DNA from: Candidatus Roizmanbacteria bacterium RIFOXYC1_FULL_41_16
Lineage (GTDB): Bacteria > Patescibacteriota > Microgenomatia > UBA1406
Direction: 5' to 3'
Assembly (NCBI GenBank): GCA_001788295.1
Contig: MGBO01000021.1
Location: 212,865-271,631, forward strand
DNA length: 58,767 nt
Position 1 is the first letter of the stretch. Each line of letters begins with the position of its first letter. The notes beneath the pieces were generated by a model. That model saw nothing but the letters and a program-made list of their open reading frames with translations, did no database searches and had not been told where the DNA came from. The position numbers and the translations under genes were made by a program. Positions 25,639 to 36,000 of the stretch are shown piece after piece.

Positions 25639-25644
25639 GATTAC

Positions 25645-25719
25645 GTCCTCATAGCTCAACGGATAGAGCACAGGTTTCCTAAACCTGGGATGAAGGTTCA
25701 ATTCCTTCTGAGGACACCA
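25645..25719 (+). tRNA. tRNA-Arg (anticodon CCT), 3' CCA encoded
   Basis: The acceptor stem is GTCCTCA/TGAGGAC and the D-arm is AGCTCAACGGATAGAGC. The anticodon stem CAGGT/ACCTG encloses the loop TTCCTAA. The T-loop is GGTTCAATTCC, followed by ACCA. Confidence 0.9.
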
Positions 25720-25722
25720 ACC

Positions 25723-25744
25723 AACACCCCGGGGGTGTTACGGG
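25723..25744 (-). repeat. REP-like palindromic element (left, inverted orientation)
   Basis: Begins 4 nt after the 3' end of tRNA-Arg. The core palindrome is AACACCCC(G)GGGGTGTT. Confidence 0.8.
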
Positions 25745-25828
25745 CTGACAGAACAATCGAAAACCCCAAATTTTTTTTGAGGCATAGAAACTCTTGTCTT
25801 TTTGTAGTTTACGCGGCAAATTATTGAT

Positions 25829-26497
25829 ATGCCTTGCCGAAAAATTACTTTTAGCAATCAGGAAGTTTACCATCTTTATAATAAAACCATTGATCATCGC
25901 ACAATTTTTGTTGAGCAGCCTTTAGTTCATTTATTCGTCGATTTAATTAGATATTATCAACCAAAAAAACACTTACTACGTTATTCTCATTACCAAAAGC
26001 TCGAGCCAACAACCCAAGATGAGTATTGGCAGAATCGGCAAGCAATAAATAATCAGCAGATAGAACTCCTGGCGTATGTTTTAATGCCTAACCATTTTCA
26101 TTTATTGGTAAAGCAAAAACTTAAAAATGGAGTGGTTCAATTTATTTCACAAGTTACCAATGCTTTTACCAGAGCCTACAATTGCTATCATCAACGGCTT
26201 GGCCCAATTTTTTTGCCCCGCTTTAAGGCTAAAATCATTTTATCAAGAGAACAACTTATACATACCAGCCGCTATATTCATCTTAATCCGTATTCAAGTG
26301 GAATTGTCAAAAATATAAACATCTTAAAAAATTACCAGAGTAGTTCCCTACCAGAATATTTAATAAAACCTAAAATATGCCAAACGGATTTGATTTTGTC
26401 ACTCTTTAATCTAGATGCCAGTAAATATTGGGAATTCTTATGTAACAATGCGGAGCGTCAAAAAAGTCTGGAAAAAATTAAGCACTTTGGAGCATAA
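25829..26497 (+). CDS. REP-associated tyrosine transposase (IS200/IS605-like Y1 HUH transposase, RAYT)
   Basis: HUH motif LMPNHFHLLV and the catalytic-Tyr motif SRYIHLNPYSSGIV, in a 222-aa protein flanked by REPs. Confidence 0.85.
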   Translation: MPCRKITFSNQEVYHLYNKTIDHRTIFVEQPLVHLFVDLIRYYQPKKHLLRYSHYQKLEPTTQDEYWQNRQAINNQQIELLAYVLMPNHFHLLVKQKLKNGVVQFISQVTNAFTRAYNCYHQRLGPIFLPRFKAKIILSREQLIHTSRYIHLNPYSSGIVKNINILKNYQSSSLPEYLIKPKICQTDLILSLFNLDASKYWEFLCNNAERQKSLEKIKHFGA

Positions 26498-26503
26498 CAT
26501 AAG

Positions 26504-26525
26504 CCCGTAACACCCCCGGGGTGTT
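26504..26525 (+). repeat. REP-like palindromic element (right)
   Basis: cccgtaacacccccggggtgtt. It overlaps the stop codon of the convergent rhodanese-like gene by 2 nt. Confidence 0.8.
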
Positions 26526-27105
26526 ATTTTTCAGGCAGGGTGACAAAGCGCTCCAGTTCCCACTTCTCCCAATCCTTTTCCGGCAACCAGAAATTGGGAA
26601 AATGGCGCCATTCGTTGTAGCCAATCGCGAGGTAATAAGCTTCCCAACCGACTTTTTTCAGATAAAGAGCGGCTTTTTGCGGTGCCACCGAAGCGCTGGA
26701 ATACTGATAAAAAATCAGTTTTTGGCCCTTTAATTTTAAGGCCTTAAAGTTTTTTAACCAGAGATTAAGATCTGTTTGCCAAGGCAGATTATAACTGCTT
26801 CGGATATGCCCTTGTGCAAATTCCTTTTTCAACCTTAAATCAATGATTGCAATTTGACTGGACCGGGTTTGAATTTCGTGCTTTAGATCAAGCGGATCAT
26901 AAACGGCCAGAAGAGGAGCCTGCGTTTGTAAGCGCCAGCGAAGCTGCCAAAGCGACAATTGGCGAAAAACAAAAAAAGTTAAAACAGCTGAGAATAAAAC
27001 CAAAAAAATCGTCTTTAAATATCTGGCTTTATTATTTGACTTTTTTTTAAACCGGTTGAAAATCAAATTCCTAATTTTTTTGATCATTAATCTCAATAAT
27101 ACCAA
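26524..27105 (-). CDS. membrane-anchored rhodanese-like domain protein (active-site Cys absent)
   Basis: One TM helix followed by IAIIDLRLKKEFAQGHIRSSYNLPW. The expected CxxxxxR loop reads IFYQYSSASVAPQKAA, with no cysteine. Confidence 0.55.
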   Translation of the reverse strand: MVLLRLMIKKIRNLIFNRFKKKSNNKARYLKTIFLVLFSAVLTFFVFRQLSLWQLRWRLQTQAPLLAVYDPLDLKHEIQTRSSQIAIIDLRLKKEFAQGHIRSSYNLPWQTDLNLWLKNFKALKLKGQKLIFYQYSSASVAPQKAALYLKKVGWEAYYLAIGYNEWRHFPNFWLPEKDWEKWELERFVTLPEK

Positions 27106-27117
27106 AAAGACTAATTT

Positions 27118-29247
27118 TTATTCATACCGCAATGCGTTCAAGGCGCTGGTTTTTTTGGCTCGTTGAGCCGGATACAAACCAGTAACCAATCCCACCATAA
27201 ACGAACAGGCCAGAATAAAAATAACCAAAAATATCGGCACGTAGCTCACATTAAGATAACCCACTCCGCTGGCTACAGCAAAGGCTGACAAACCCAAAGA
27301 CGTCAACTCGCCCATAAAATAACCCAAAGCCAAGCCGCCGATACCGCCGGCAAAACCCATAATCATGGCCTCAGACAAAAACAGTTCTTGAATTTCCGCA
27401 CTCACCATGCCCATGGTTTTCATACCACCAATTTCCCGGGTACGCTCCAACAAAGAGACAGTGAGCGTATTAAACATACCCAAAGCCGCCACTCCCAAAG
27501 CAATTGTGCCTAATAAACCTAATAACAACCGGATGTTCACAAACAGACCTTCGATTTGGGCAACAGTATCGGCCGTACTTGAGGTGGCGACTCCCAGTAC
27601 TTCAATGTCGCGTCGGACTTGTTTAAGACTACTCTTGTCATTGGTAATCACTTTTAATTGCGAATAATTTTGCAAACCCAAGCGTTCCAGATCCGAAAGC
27701 GGTAAGTAAAAATACTCGGTATTATCGTCATTAATCAAACCAATAATCTCGTATTTAATCTCTTGAGTGATAAGCTTGCCCTCGGCTTCCTTAAGCAGAC
27801 TCCGCACTAAAATAAAAGAAACCTTGAAGCTTTTACCCACGGCTTTGTTTAAAGGAATATCTAAATAGTTAGCCATGGCAGTGGAAATAACGGCTTTACC
27901 CGACGGCAGACCTCTAAACTTAAGGAAATCTTGTTTAGCAGTTTCTTTCAGCGACGCCGACACTGTGGAGCCCAAAGACACGAGCTCCAAGCCGCCGGAC
28001 CCGCTGGCCTCCAAAACCGTGACCTCGAACTCTGAAGTCGCCGAAGGCGTGGCTTCTTCAGTCACAGTCTCGATTTGACCGCTTTGGGTCGCCACACCCA
28101 AAACATTGGCAAACTGCAATTTGTCCTGGATAATGATGGACCGCTCCTGCAAACAAACTTCCTGCCAAAGCTGATGCCCCTGATCATCCAACCGCGGCTG
28201 AACTTGATCTTTGGGTAACTTGTCGTAAAGCGGGACTTTGCTTTTGAGCCACTTCCCTAAATATAAATTATTATAGGAATCATAAGCGATCCGACCGGCC
28301 GGTGAATATGGAGCATACTCACCACCCCAATACTCAGTGCCAATAAAACCGCCCTCAATTCGCTTGGTGTAGCCCAAGATCTTGGCATCCAAATCGCATT
28401 GCGCTCGAGCCACAATTAGTTGATTAGGTTCGATATTAAACAAAGCCGTGGCCGAATTGATCAGCTCTCCGTATCTGGCCCTGATCAGCCTAGTGGTTGC
28501 GGCGCCTTTGACTGAGCCAATCTCCATGGTCAGCTCTGTCCCTTTATCCGAAAAGTATGAACCGCGCATAAATTGACTGGCCAATACCTGCATATACTCT
28601 TCAGTGACGGCATAAGCCAAAATGTCGGTCTTGGCATTGTTGTAATCCACCTTACCTACTACCGAAACAACCGGCAGCACTCTGTCCACGTTTTCGATGC
28701 CGCTGATTTTGGCCATTAGTTTCTGGTTGATCTTGACATCGCCGGTTTCACCCGGAACAACATCAGCCATTTTCAGCTCGTCCAGTCGTGCCACTTTGCT
28801 AATAACCAAACGTTCGACTCCATATCCCAACGATAACAAATAAACAATAATGCCCACGCCCACTGACATACCGAAAATCGTAATCAAAGAACGTGACTTT
28901 TTGATTTTCAAATTATTAAAAGCCAGATTAATCAAATAATAGCGTTTGACTTTGAAGCTGCGCACCGCCTCGATTTTGTTGATAATCTGCTGGCCCAAAC
29001 TATCGGCATGAGTCAGCAAACCCTTTGGCACTACTTTTTTCAAAACCGGTGAAACAATTGGCAAGTGAGCCAGAAATTGAACTGTCAGACGGCTAACAAA
29101 AATCAAAAGCAAAACAAAAAAACTGGCAAAAGCCAATATATTTTGCGGCAGATGAACCAAAGTGTAAAAGGCCGCTTTTAATATTCGCTGACGGGCTTGC
29201 GAATCAGTGACTGTGCTAATCAAGTTTTTCAAAAAATTATTTGTCAT
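27118..29247 (-). CDS. ABC transporter permease, FtsX/MacB type with very large extracytoplasmic domain
   Basis: 709 aa. After the N-terminal TM helices comes a hydrophilic segment of about 430 aa. The C-terminus holds a three-TM FtsX domain (ALGMFNTLTVSLLERTREIGGMKTMG...LYPAQRAKKTSALNALRYE). Confidence 0.8.
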   Translation of the reverse strand: MTNNFLKNLISTVTDSQARQRILKAAFYTLVHLPQNILAFASFFVLLLIFVSRLTVQFLAHLPIVSPVLKKVVPKGLLTHADSLGQQIINKIEAVRSFKVKRYYLINLAFNNLKIKKSRSLITIFGMSVGVGIIVYLLSLGYGVERLVISKVARLDELKMADVVPGETGDVKINQKLMAKISGIENVDRVLPVVSVVGKVDYNNAKTDILAYAVTEEYMQVLASQFMRGSYFSDKGTELTMEIGSVKGAATTRLIRARYGELINSATALFNIEPNQLIVARAQCDLDAKILGYTKRIEGGFIGTEYWGGEYAPYSPAGRIAYDSYNNLYLGKWLKSKVPLYDKLPKDQVQPRLDDQGHQLWQEVCLQERSIIIQDKLQFANVLGVATQSGQIETVTEEATPSATSEFEVTVLEASGSGGLELVSLGSTVSASLKETAKQDFLKFRGLPSGKAVISTAMANYLDIPLNKAVGKSFKVSFILVRSLLKEAEGKLITQEIKYEIIGLINDDNTEYFYLPLSDLERLGLQNYSQLKVITNDKSSLKQVRRDIEVLGVATSSTADTVAQIEGLFVNIRLLLGLLGTIALGVAALGMFNTLTVSLLERTREIGGMKTMGMVSAEIQELFLSEAMIMGFAGGIGGLALGYFMGELTSLGLSAFAVASGVGYLNVSYVPIFLVIFILACSFMVGLVTGLYPAQRAKKTSALNALRYE

Positions 29248-29250
29248 TGT

Positions 29251-30036
29251 TTATTTTAATTTAGATAAAAAGTCCTTGTCCCGAACATTGGCCTGCTCTT
29301 TTTTGTCCAGACCGCGCTTACCGCTAATCTTTAGTTGTTGCCCGGCCACGGCTTTTTGCTCCACCACTTCCCCATCAAGCATATGAATAAGTTTGTCGCC
29401 GTATTTAAGGTACTCCAGATCATGAGTAACCATAATAATGGTCTTGCCATTTGTCGCTAACTGACGAAACAAATCAATCAATTCCTGGCCGGAAACTGTG
29501 TCCAGATTACCGGTGGGCTCGTCGGCGACGATCAACAACGGATCAAGCGCCAAGGCTCGCGCCAAACTAATCTTTTGCTGCTGCCCGCTGGAAAGCTCCA
29601 TTGGCATATAGTTGGTTTTTTCCTGCATTTGAACAGTAGCCAGTACTTTGCTGATTTTTTCCTTTATTTCGGCCTCGGCCACGTCTTGCAAATACAAGGG
29701 AAAAGCGACATTGCCAAAAACGTCGAGCGAATGAATCCAAAGTGGCTGCTGATAAATCATCCCTACCCGCTCCCGGCGATAAAGAGCGCGATCATCCTCA
29801 TTTCCCTGGTAAAAATCCTTGCCTTCAATCAGAACTTTGCCTTGAGTAGGCGCTTCTAATCCCAGCAAACAGTGTAATAAAGTACTTTTGCCGCAACCTG
29901 AAGGCCCAAAAATAATCACAAATTCACCCTTGTTAATTGTAAAGTCGATTTTTTTTAGAACTTGGACCACGCCCTCCCGAACCGGAAAGCTTTTTTCCAA
30001 GTTTTGGATCGTGATTAAGGCCTGTTGACTACTCAT
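29251..30036 (-). CDS. ABC transporter ATP-binding protein (MacB/LolD/FtsE-like)
   Basis: Walker A GPSGCGKSTLL, signature LSSGQQQKISLARAL, Walker B LIVADEPTGNLD and an H-loop VTHD. The start overlaps the stop of the giant gene (ATGA). Confidence 0.9.
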   Translation of the reverse strand: MSSQQALITIQNLEKSFPVREGVVQVLKKIDFTINKGEFVIIFGPSGCGKSTLLHCLLGLEAPTQGKVLIEGKDFYQGNEDDRALYRRERVGMIYQQPLWIHSLDVFGNVAFPLYLQDVAEAEIKEKISKVLATVQMQEKTNYMPMELSSGQQQKISLARALALDPLLIVADEPTGNLDTVSGQELIDLFRQLATNGKTIIMVTHDLEYLKYGDKLIHMLDGEVVEQKAVAGQQLKISGKRGLDKKEQANVRDKDFLSKLK

Positions 30037-33000
30037 TTTACTTTGACTCCTTTTAAGAAACCAAAACTTTTAGATAGATTGTCGACGACTAACTCCAGCG
30101 CGCCTTTAGTTGACTTAGGCGTAATCACGACCGTGTCTTCGCTGCGAGTGGCGTTTTTGGCCTTATCTTTGCTGATCGCCCGTAAATGATAAATGGTCGA
30201 GGGCCGCAAACCAGTAATCGTGACAACATGGTTTGAAGTCAGAGCTTTGTCTTCTTGGGTTGTTTGAGAATAAGTGCCTGAGGTTCCTTGAGCATATTCC
30301 ACTTGTGTGGTTGATGGTTCGTCAGTATCCCAGGTAATCACTAGTTTGGCACGCGCCTCGTCGCCTACTCCAACCACTGTAGTTTCCAGATTAAAATTTT
30401 CAATTAAAGGCGGCCGGAAATCAGTGGCGGTTTTGACTTTCTGATCCGGATAACCAGCCTCGTTGCCAACCAGATCCTTACCGCTTACCAGCAAAGTATA
30501 GTCGGTCTCGTCTTGCAGATCCTGAATAATAACTTCGTGAGTTTTCTTCAAGGTCAGATTGATGTAGTCTTTGGCGCTTTCGGGATAAAGAGACGGATAA
30601 TAAGTGATAATCGAAGACACATCGGTATTGGTTGTCCATAACAAACGCAAAGTGGCTTTGGGCATACCCACAACCTGTTGCACTTTGAGAGCAAGGATTT
30701 TTGGCACTGGCAGCGTTTCAAAAGTATAGTTATCAGAATAGTAGACATTGGCCTCGTCATCTTCAGCCTTAATTCTAAAGTTGTAAGCACTGCCCTCAGT
30801 CAGATCACTTAAAATAACAGTGTGAGTGGATTCATTTTTGGCAATGGAAATGCTTTGGCTACCGCCGTAATTAAGATCCAAACCATATTCAACCGTGGCT
30901 TTAATGGCATTAGCAATCGTAAAAGTGACATTGGCACCATAAATACTGACGTTAGACGTCGTCACTTGTGAAACCGTGGGCGCCGGATTGGTGGTAAAAC
31001 TGATTTCATCAGACGAACCACTGTTGCCGTCCTCGTCCGTCCAAAGAGCTTTGAAATAATAGGTGGCACCCGGATCCAAACCGGTTAACTCAACCGAATG
31101 GCTGGTTACTTGGGTGGAACTGCCGGTTTCTTCACCATAAGTACCGGAGCTTTTGCCGTATTGAACAAATGAATTGCTGGTGCGATTGGTACTCCAAACA
31201 ATAATGGCTGATTTGGTTTTGATTGTCGCTGAAGGGCTGGCAGTTAGGGCCGGGGCCACCCGCCAACGACCATCAGGGTAAAGGCTAACCGTGTCTGAAG
31301 AAATACCACAACCTTTACCGCCAGTGTAATTACAGGCATTGACACAATAATATTTGGTTTCTTGAGTTAAACCAGTATCCACATAAGAAGTTTGGCTGGT
31401 TGAGGCAATGTAGGTAAAGTCGGTATCTGAGGCAGCTTCACTATTGCATTCGGCATCCTCTACACTGGAACGGTAGATCCGGTATTCGGCAATGCCAGAA
31501 CCGGACGATTCGGGCTGATCCCAGGACAAAGCCAGACGCCAGGCGCTGGTTTCTTTAATAGAAACATCGGAAATGTCTAAATTCCGCGGCACGCCCGGTG
31601 AAGACGTTGACGACGTAAAAGTGATTGAGGAATAATTATTGTAGTCAAGATTGCCAGCCTCATCCTCAGCAACGACATAAAGCGTATTTTGGCCCGGATC
31701 TTGAGCATAAGCGCCTTTGCTTAAATAAGTGACAGCCAAACCAAGGGCGTTTTCGGCCGTATCGGCTGAGGGCAGACGATTAATCCAGTAATGATAACGC
31801 AAACTGGCTTGCTGACCGTAATAGATTGACGGCGGATCCCAAGCAAAGGCAAATTCGTTCACAGTATTACTACTGCCACTTACCGGATACGTAATCCGTA
31901 AATTAGTCGGCGCGCCGGCCGCTGTTCCGGAATAATAATAAGAGGCAGTCACCCAACTTGAAGCCCGATTGCCAGCGTAGTCTTCGGCCTGCAAATAAAG
32001 GGTGTTAGTACCAGTTGTGTATTTCACCACACCGCTAGCAGTCGCCTCAACCGTAGACATCTCTGTGCCGGCCGGCCCGGTTTTGTACCAATAGCGCCTG
32101 ATTAAAGAAGCGCTATCAGATGCTCCAGACCAACTAAAGGTATAATCATTAACGTTCGTGTATCCTGATGGAGTAACGACAATTGTGGTCGGGTTTTCCG
32201 GAACCACGTTATCGTATTTATAGATAAACGGTTGCCAATTGGTAGGAGCAAAATTGTCTGAGTCATCAATAGCCTGAATACGCAGATAATATGTTTCCCC
32301 GGATGCTAAATTACTAGCAGTGTACTCAGGATCAATAACCAAAGTGCCGCTTTCTGAAGCATTGGCCTCACTATCAGTGCCTAAATAAACATAATAACCG
32401 GCAATGCCTGAGCCGCCCTCGCCGTCTGATGCTCCATAAGCCGCCTCGGCTGCGGCCCAATTAAAGTATGGCGCACTGCTATTAGCCCAAGTTTCGGTGG
32501 TGAGTGTCGCGGCCTGAGTGGCAGTGGTATAAGCATTAAAGCCAGTGTCTGACGGATTGCTTGGTAAGGTCACATCCTGATAATAATTCACGGTATAGTC
32601 ACTAATGACACCAGAATAAATTCCGTCGCCAGAGGCCAGCTCAAATTTGAGCTGTAAATAACGATTGACCGCAGAATTAATCTTGTAAGTATAGTTATTA
32701 GCCACCTGTTTCTCCTCGGTCGAGGTGACCCAGGATGACCAAGTCTCGTTATCCGCCGAAGACCGGCTGCTCACGGTCAGAGTAGTATTAGTTCCTGACG
32801 TGTAAGTTAAAGCTAAATCGGCAAAACGGTAAACCGATGTCAGATCATGAACCAGTGAAATATAACTGCCGTTTTCTTCAAAAGAACTGTTGTTAGTTTG
32901 CATTACCAAAGTGTATAAACCATTGGTAAAAGTGTTGTTGCCGCCTGAACCAGGAATGACATAGATCTTGTCTACACCGTTACTGGCAGCAGCGCCACCG

Positions 33001-36000
33001 GCAGAAATGTAAGGAGCATAAACATCACTGATCACTTCCCAAGTATTATTGGTCAAAGAATAGCGCAAACAGTCTTTTTGATTCCAACCTCGGCAGGCAT
33101 ACAAATAATCGCCACCGCCATCGACCAAAAAGCCGTCGTTATATATACCATAGCCAGTGGGCAAATCAGCGACAACGGCATCATTCCAGGTATTGGCCGC
33201 AGGGTCATAACGGTAAAAGGTAAGGCCAGTACCACCACGAATGGCATAAATATAACCATTGCGATAAACCAGATCGGCGCCGTAAGACATGGTACTTGGC
33301 GCGTTAGTCAAAAGCTCCCATCGACTGGCCGCTTCACCTTGCAAATTATAACGATAAAAAGTATTGGCATTACCCCTAAGCCAGTAAATATATTGAGCGC
33401 CATCAAAAACCATGGCCGAGCCCACATAAGGATCATAGGGCGGCGGATCAGTGGTGATCTCACTCCAAATATCAGTGGCAATGTCGTATTTGTAAAACTT
33501 ACGATCGTAGTAGTTTGATGTGGCGTATATTTGATTGTTAACACTGTCGTAAACTAGCTCAGTCCCGTAATAAAAACTTGAGGGGGCGTCAGCCATTTGC
33601 ACCACTTCGGCCGTGGTTTCGTTATAACGGAAAAAAGTATTGTCAAAATTGCCCCGGGTAAAATAAAAGTAATTGCCATTGCCTTTGATAATATCGGCGC
33701 CGTAATTAAAAGTGCGCGAGTCAGAACCTCGATACCAGCCGCCAAACAAACCCACCTGTGGTGTTTGCCAAGAGGCCTTGGCAATATTGTATTTGTACAA
33801 AGTTTGAGCTCCACCACCTCTCATTACATAAAGCTCACCATTGACATTTTTCATGGTTGATCCATAAGAAATTGGACCAGGTACCTCGGTTAACTCCGAC
33901 CAAGTTTGATTGTCAATGCTGTATTTATAAAAAAAGGTTTTGTTGTTGCCGGGAAAATAATAGACCGCATTGGTCGTGCTGTCGTATTCAATTCGGGCGC
34001 CAGACGATTCGATAAAAGGCGCATTGGGCAATACTAACCATTGATCGCTGGTAATACTATAAGCACTAAAACCAGTGCGACTATTACCCTGAATGGCATA
34101 AATGGTATCAGCCCCGTCGTAAGCCAAATCAGCGCCAGCCTGAACCAAATTGTTGATCTGCACCGAGGTGGCGCCGAAATCAATATTGGCTTTTTGTTCC
34201 CAAAGATCAGTCAGGGTATCATAACGATAAAAAGCGTCGTCGCCATTACCTCGTAAAGCATAAATATAACGATCTCCGGTTGAAATCAGGGTTGCCCCAT
34301 AAGAAGTGGATTGAGGAAAATCGGTCGCCGCCGCATCAGACCAAGTGTCGTTGGCAATATCATACCGCCAGAAGCCACTAGTATTTAGACCTTTTAAGGC
34401 ATAAAGATAGCCGGCTGGGCCTTCGGCAAGATCCGAACCATAATAGGCGGCCGAAGGTGTAACCGCTTTGGTTGTCCAAACGTCAGTGGTCAGATCATAT
34501 TCATAAAAAGTGGTTGTATTGTAGCCTCGAAGTAAATACAGTTTGTTTGAAGAAGCAATATAAGCAAACTCCGAGCCCAAATAGACTCCGGCCGGCGAAT
34601 ACATTAAACGTTCGTTTTCCCAAAAACTGCTTTTAGAACTTAATTTGATTTGATCACTGGAGGTTGAAACGTTATCCAAAGTCCCTTGACTAAAATCCTC
34701 AGTTAAGGTTTGTGTCAGTGTTTGCGGCGGCGACACGCCTTGGTAAACATAAGTGAACAAGGTTTCGGCCGCGCTCACATTACCCAAACTGTCTTTGGTT
34801 TGAATAATCAGATAATATGTGCCGTTGGCCATTGGCGTGGTCACCATATAATTAGTACTGATTTGATAGCTCCCCTCTGTTTCGGGATCGGCCGTATTTG
34901 ACGAACCAAAATAAACATAATAGCCGCTCACTTCTGTCTCAGCGTCAAGAGCGCCGGACCAAGTAAAATACGGATGAGCATGACCATAGCTATTACCGCT
35001 AATCAGGGTCGAGCCACCAACCTGACTGGAAAGAGCGGTAAGGCTGGAGGGATTGCTGGGTGGATTGGCGTCGCCGGTATAATCAACAGTAACAGAATAT
35101 AAAACTGGTGTTTGAGAATTGTCAGAGCTGCTGGTAAAAGCCGCTTTAATCTGCAAATATTGATTGGGAGTTGAACTAATGGCTCCACCAGAAACTGTTT
35201 CCCAATCGGTCCAGGTAATTTGATCACTACTGGAGCGAGTCTGAAAGACCAAATCAGCGTCTCCCGGAGTCGCCATCGAAGTCGTGAGTGAAGTCCAGGA
35301 ATCAACATGAGTCAAATCCAAAACAGCGCTGGTCCAGGTACCGCTAGTTTGATAATTATTGGCGCTCACGCTAAAGGTTTGCATTCGTAAAACATCCATG
35401 CCGTAGATTGAATAAAAATTACCGCTGCCATCATTGACCAAAGAACCGCCATTCCAGGGACCAATTTCAGTTGGGCCATAAGTAGCCATGGGCAAGAGAT
35501 AGCGCCAAGAGTTATTGGCAATCGAGTACTCCCACAAATCGCCCTTATAATAACCGGCTTGAGCATAAATTTTGCCGTTGTAATAGCTGATATCAGTGCC
35601 CCAATAAGGCGCAAACGGTAAGTTGTTTAGCTTGGTCCAAGTATTTCCAGTAATTGAATATTTCAAAATTTCCGAAGTACCGTAACCGGACGTGTAATAA
35701 AGATCCGTTCCATCACTGATTAACCTGGACCCAAAACCCGCCTCAGCATTATCCGGCAAATCGGCAACAGCCACGTCGCTCCAAGAGTTACCACTGATGC
35801 TGTAGCGCCAAAAAGAAGTGGTCATCGAACCTCTGGTGCCATAAAGAAAATCGCCTGATCCCGGATAAACCAAAGCGCCTCCATAATAGGCATTGCTTGG
35901 CGCGTCGGCTAATTGAGCCCAGGAGTTTCCGGCAATATTATAACTGTAAAAAGCGGCGGTACTGTTGCCCAGATAAAAATAAATCGTACCGTTAGCCAAC

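Larger units (their letters stand above)
25723..26525 (+). mobile_element. RAYT unit: REP-associated tyrosine transposase gene bracketed by inverted REP copies
   Basis: The 22-nt sequence aacaccccgggggtgttacggg (25723..25744) is the exact reverse complement of cccgtaacacccccggggtgtt (26504..26525). Together they flank the Y1-transposase ORF. Confidence 0.8.

Noticed and set aside
25679-25897. The 72-aa minus-strand ORF in the track.
   Set aside because: It overlaps the 3' half of tRNA-Arg, the REP element and the RAYT start, so it is a shadow ORF.
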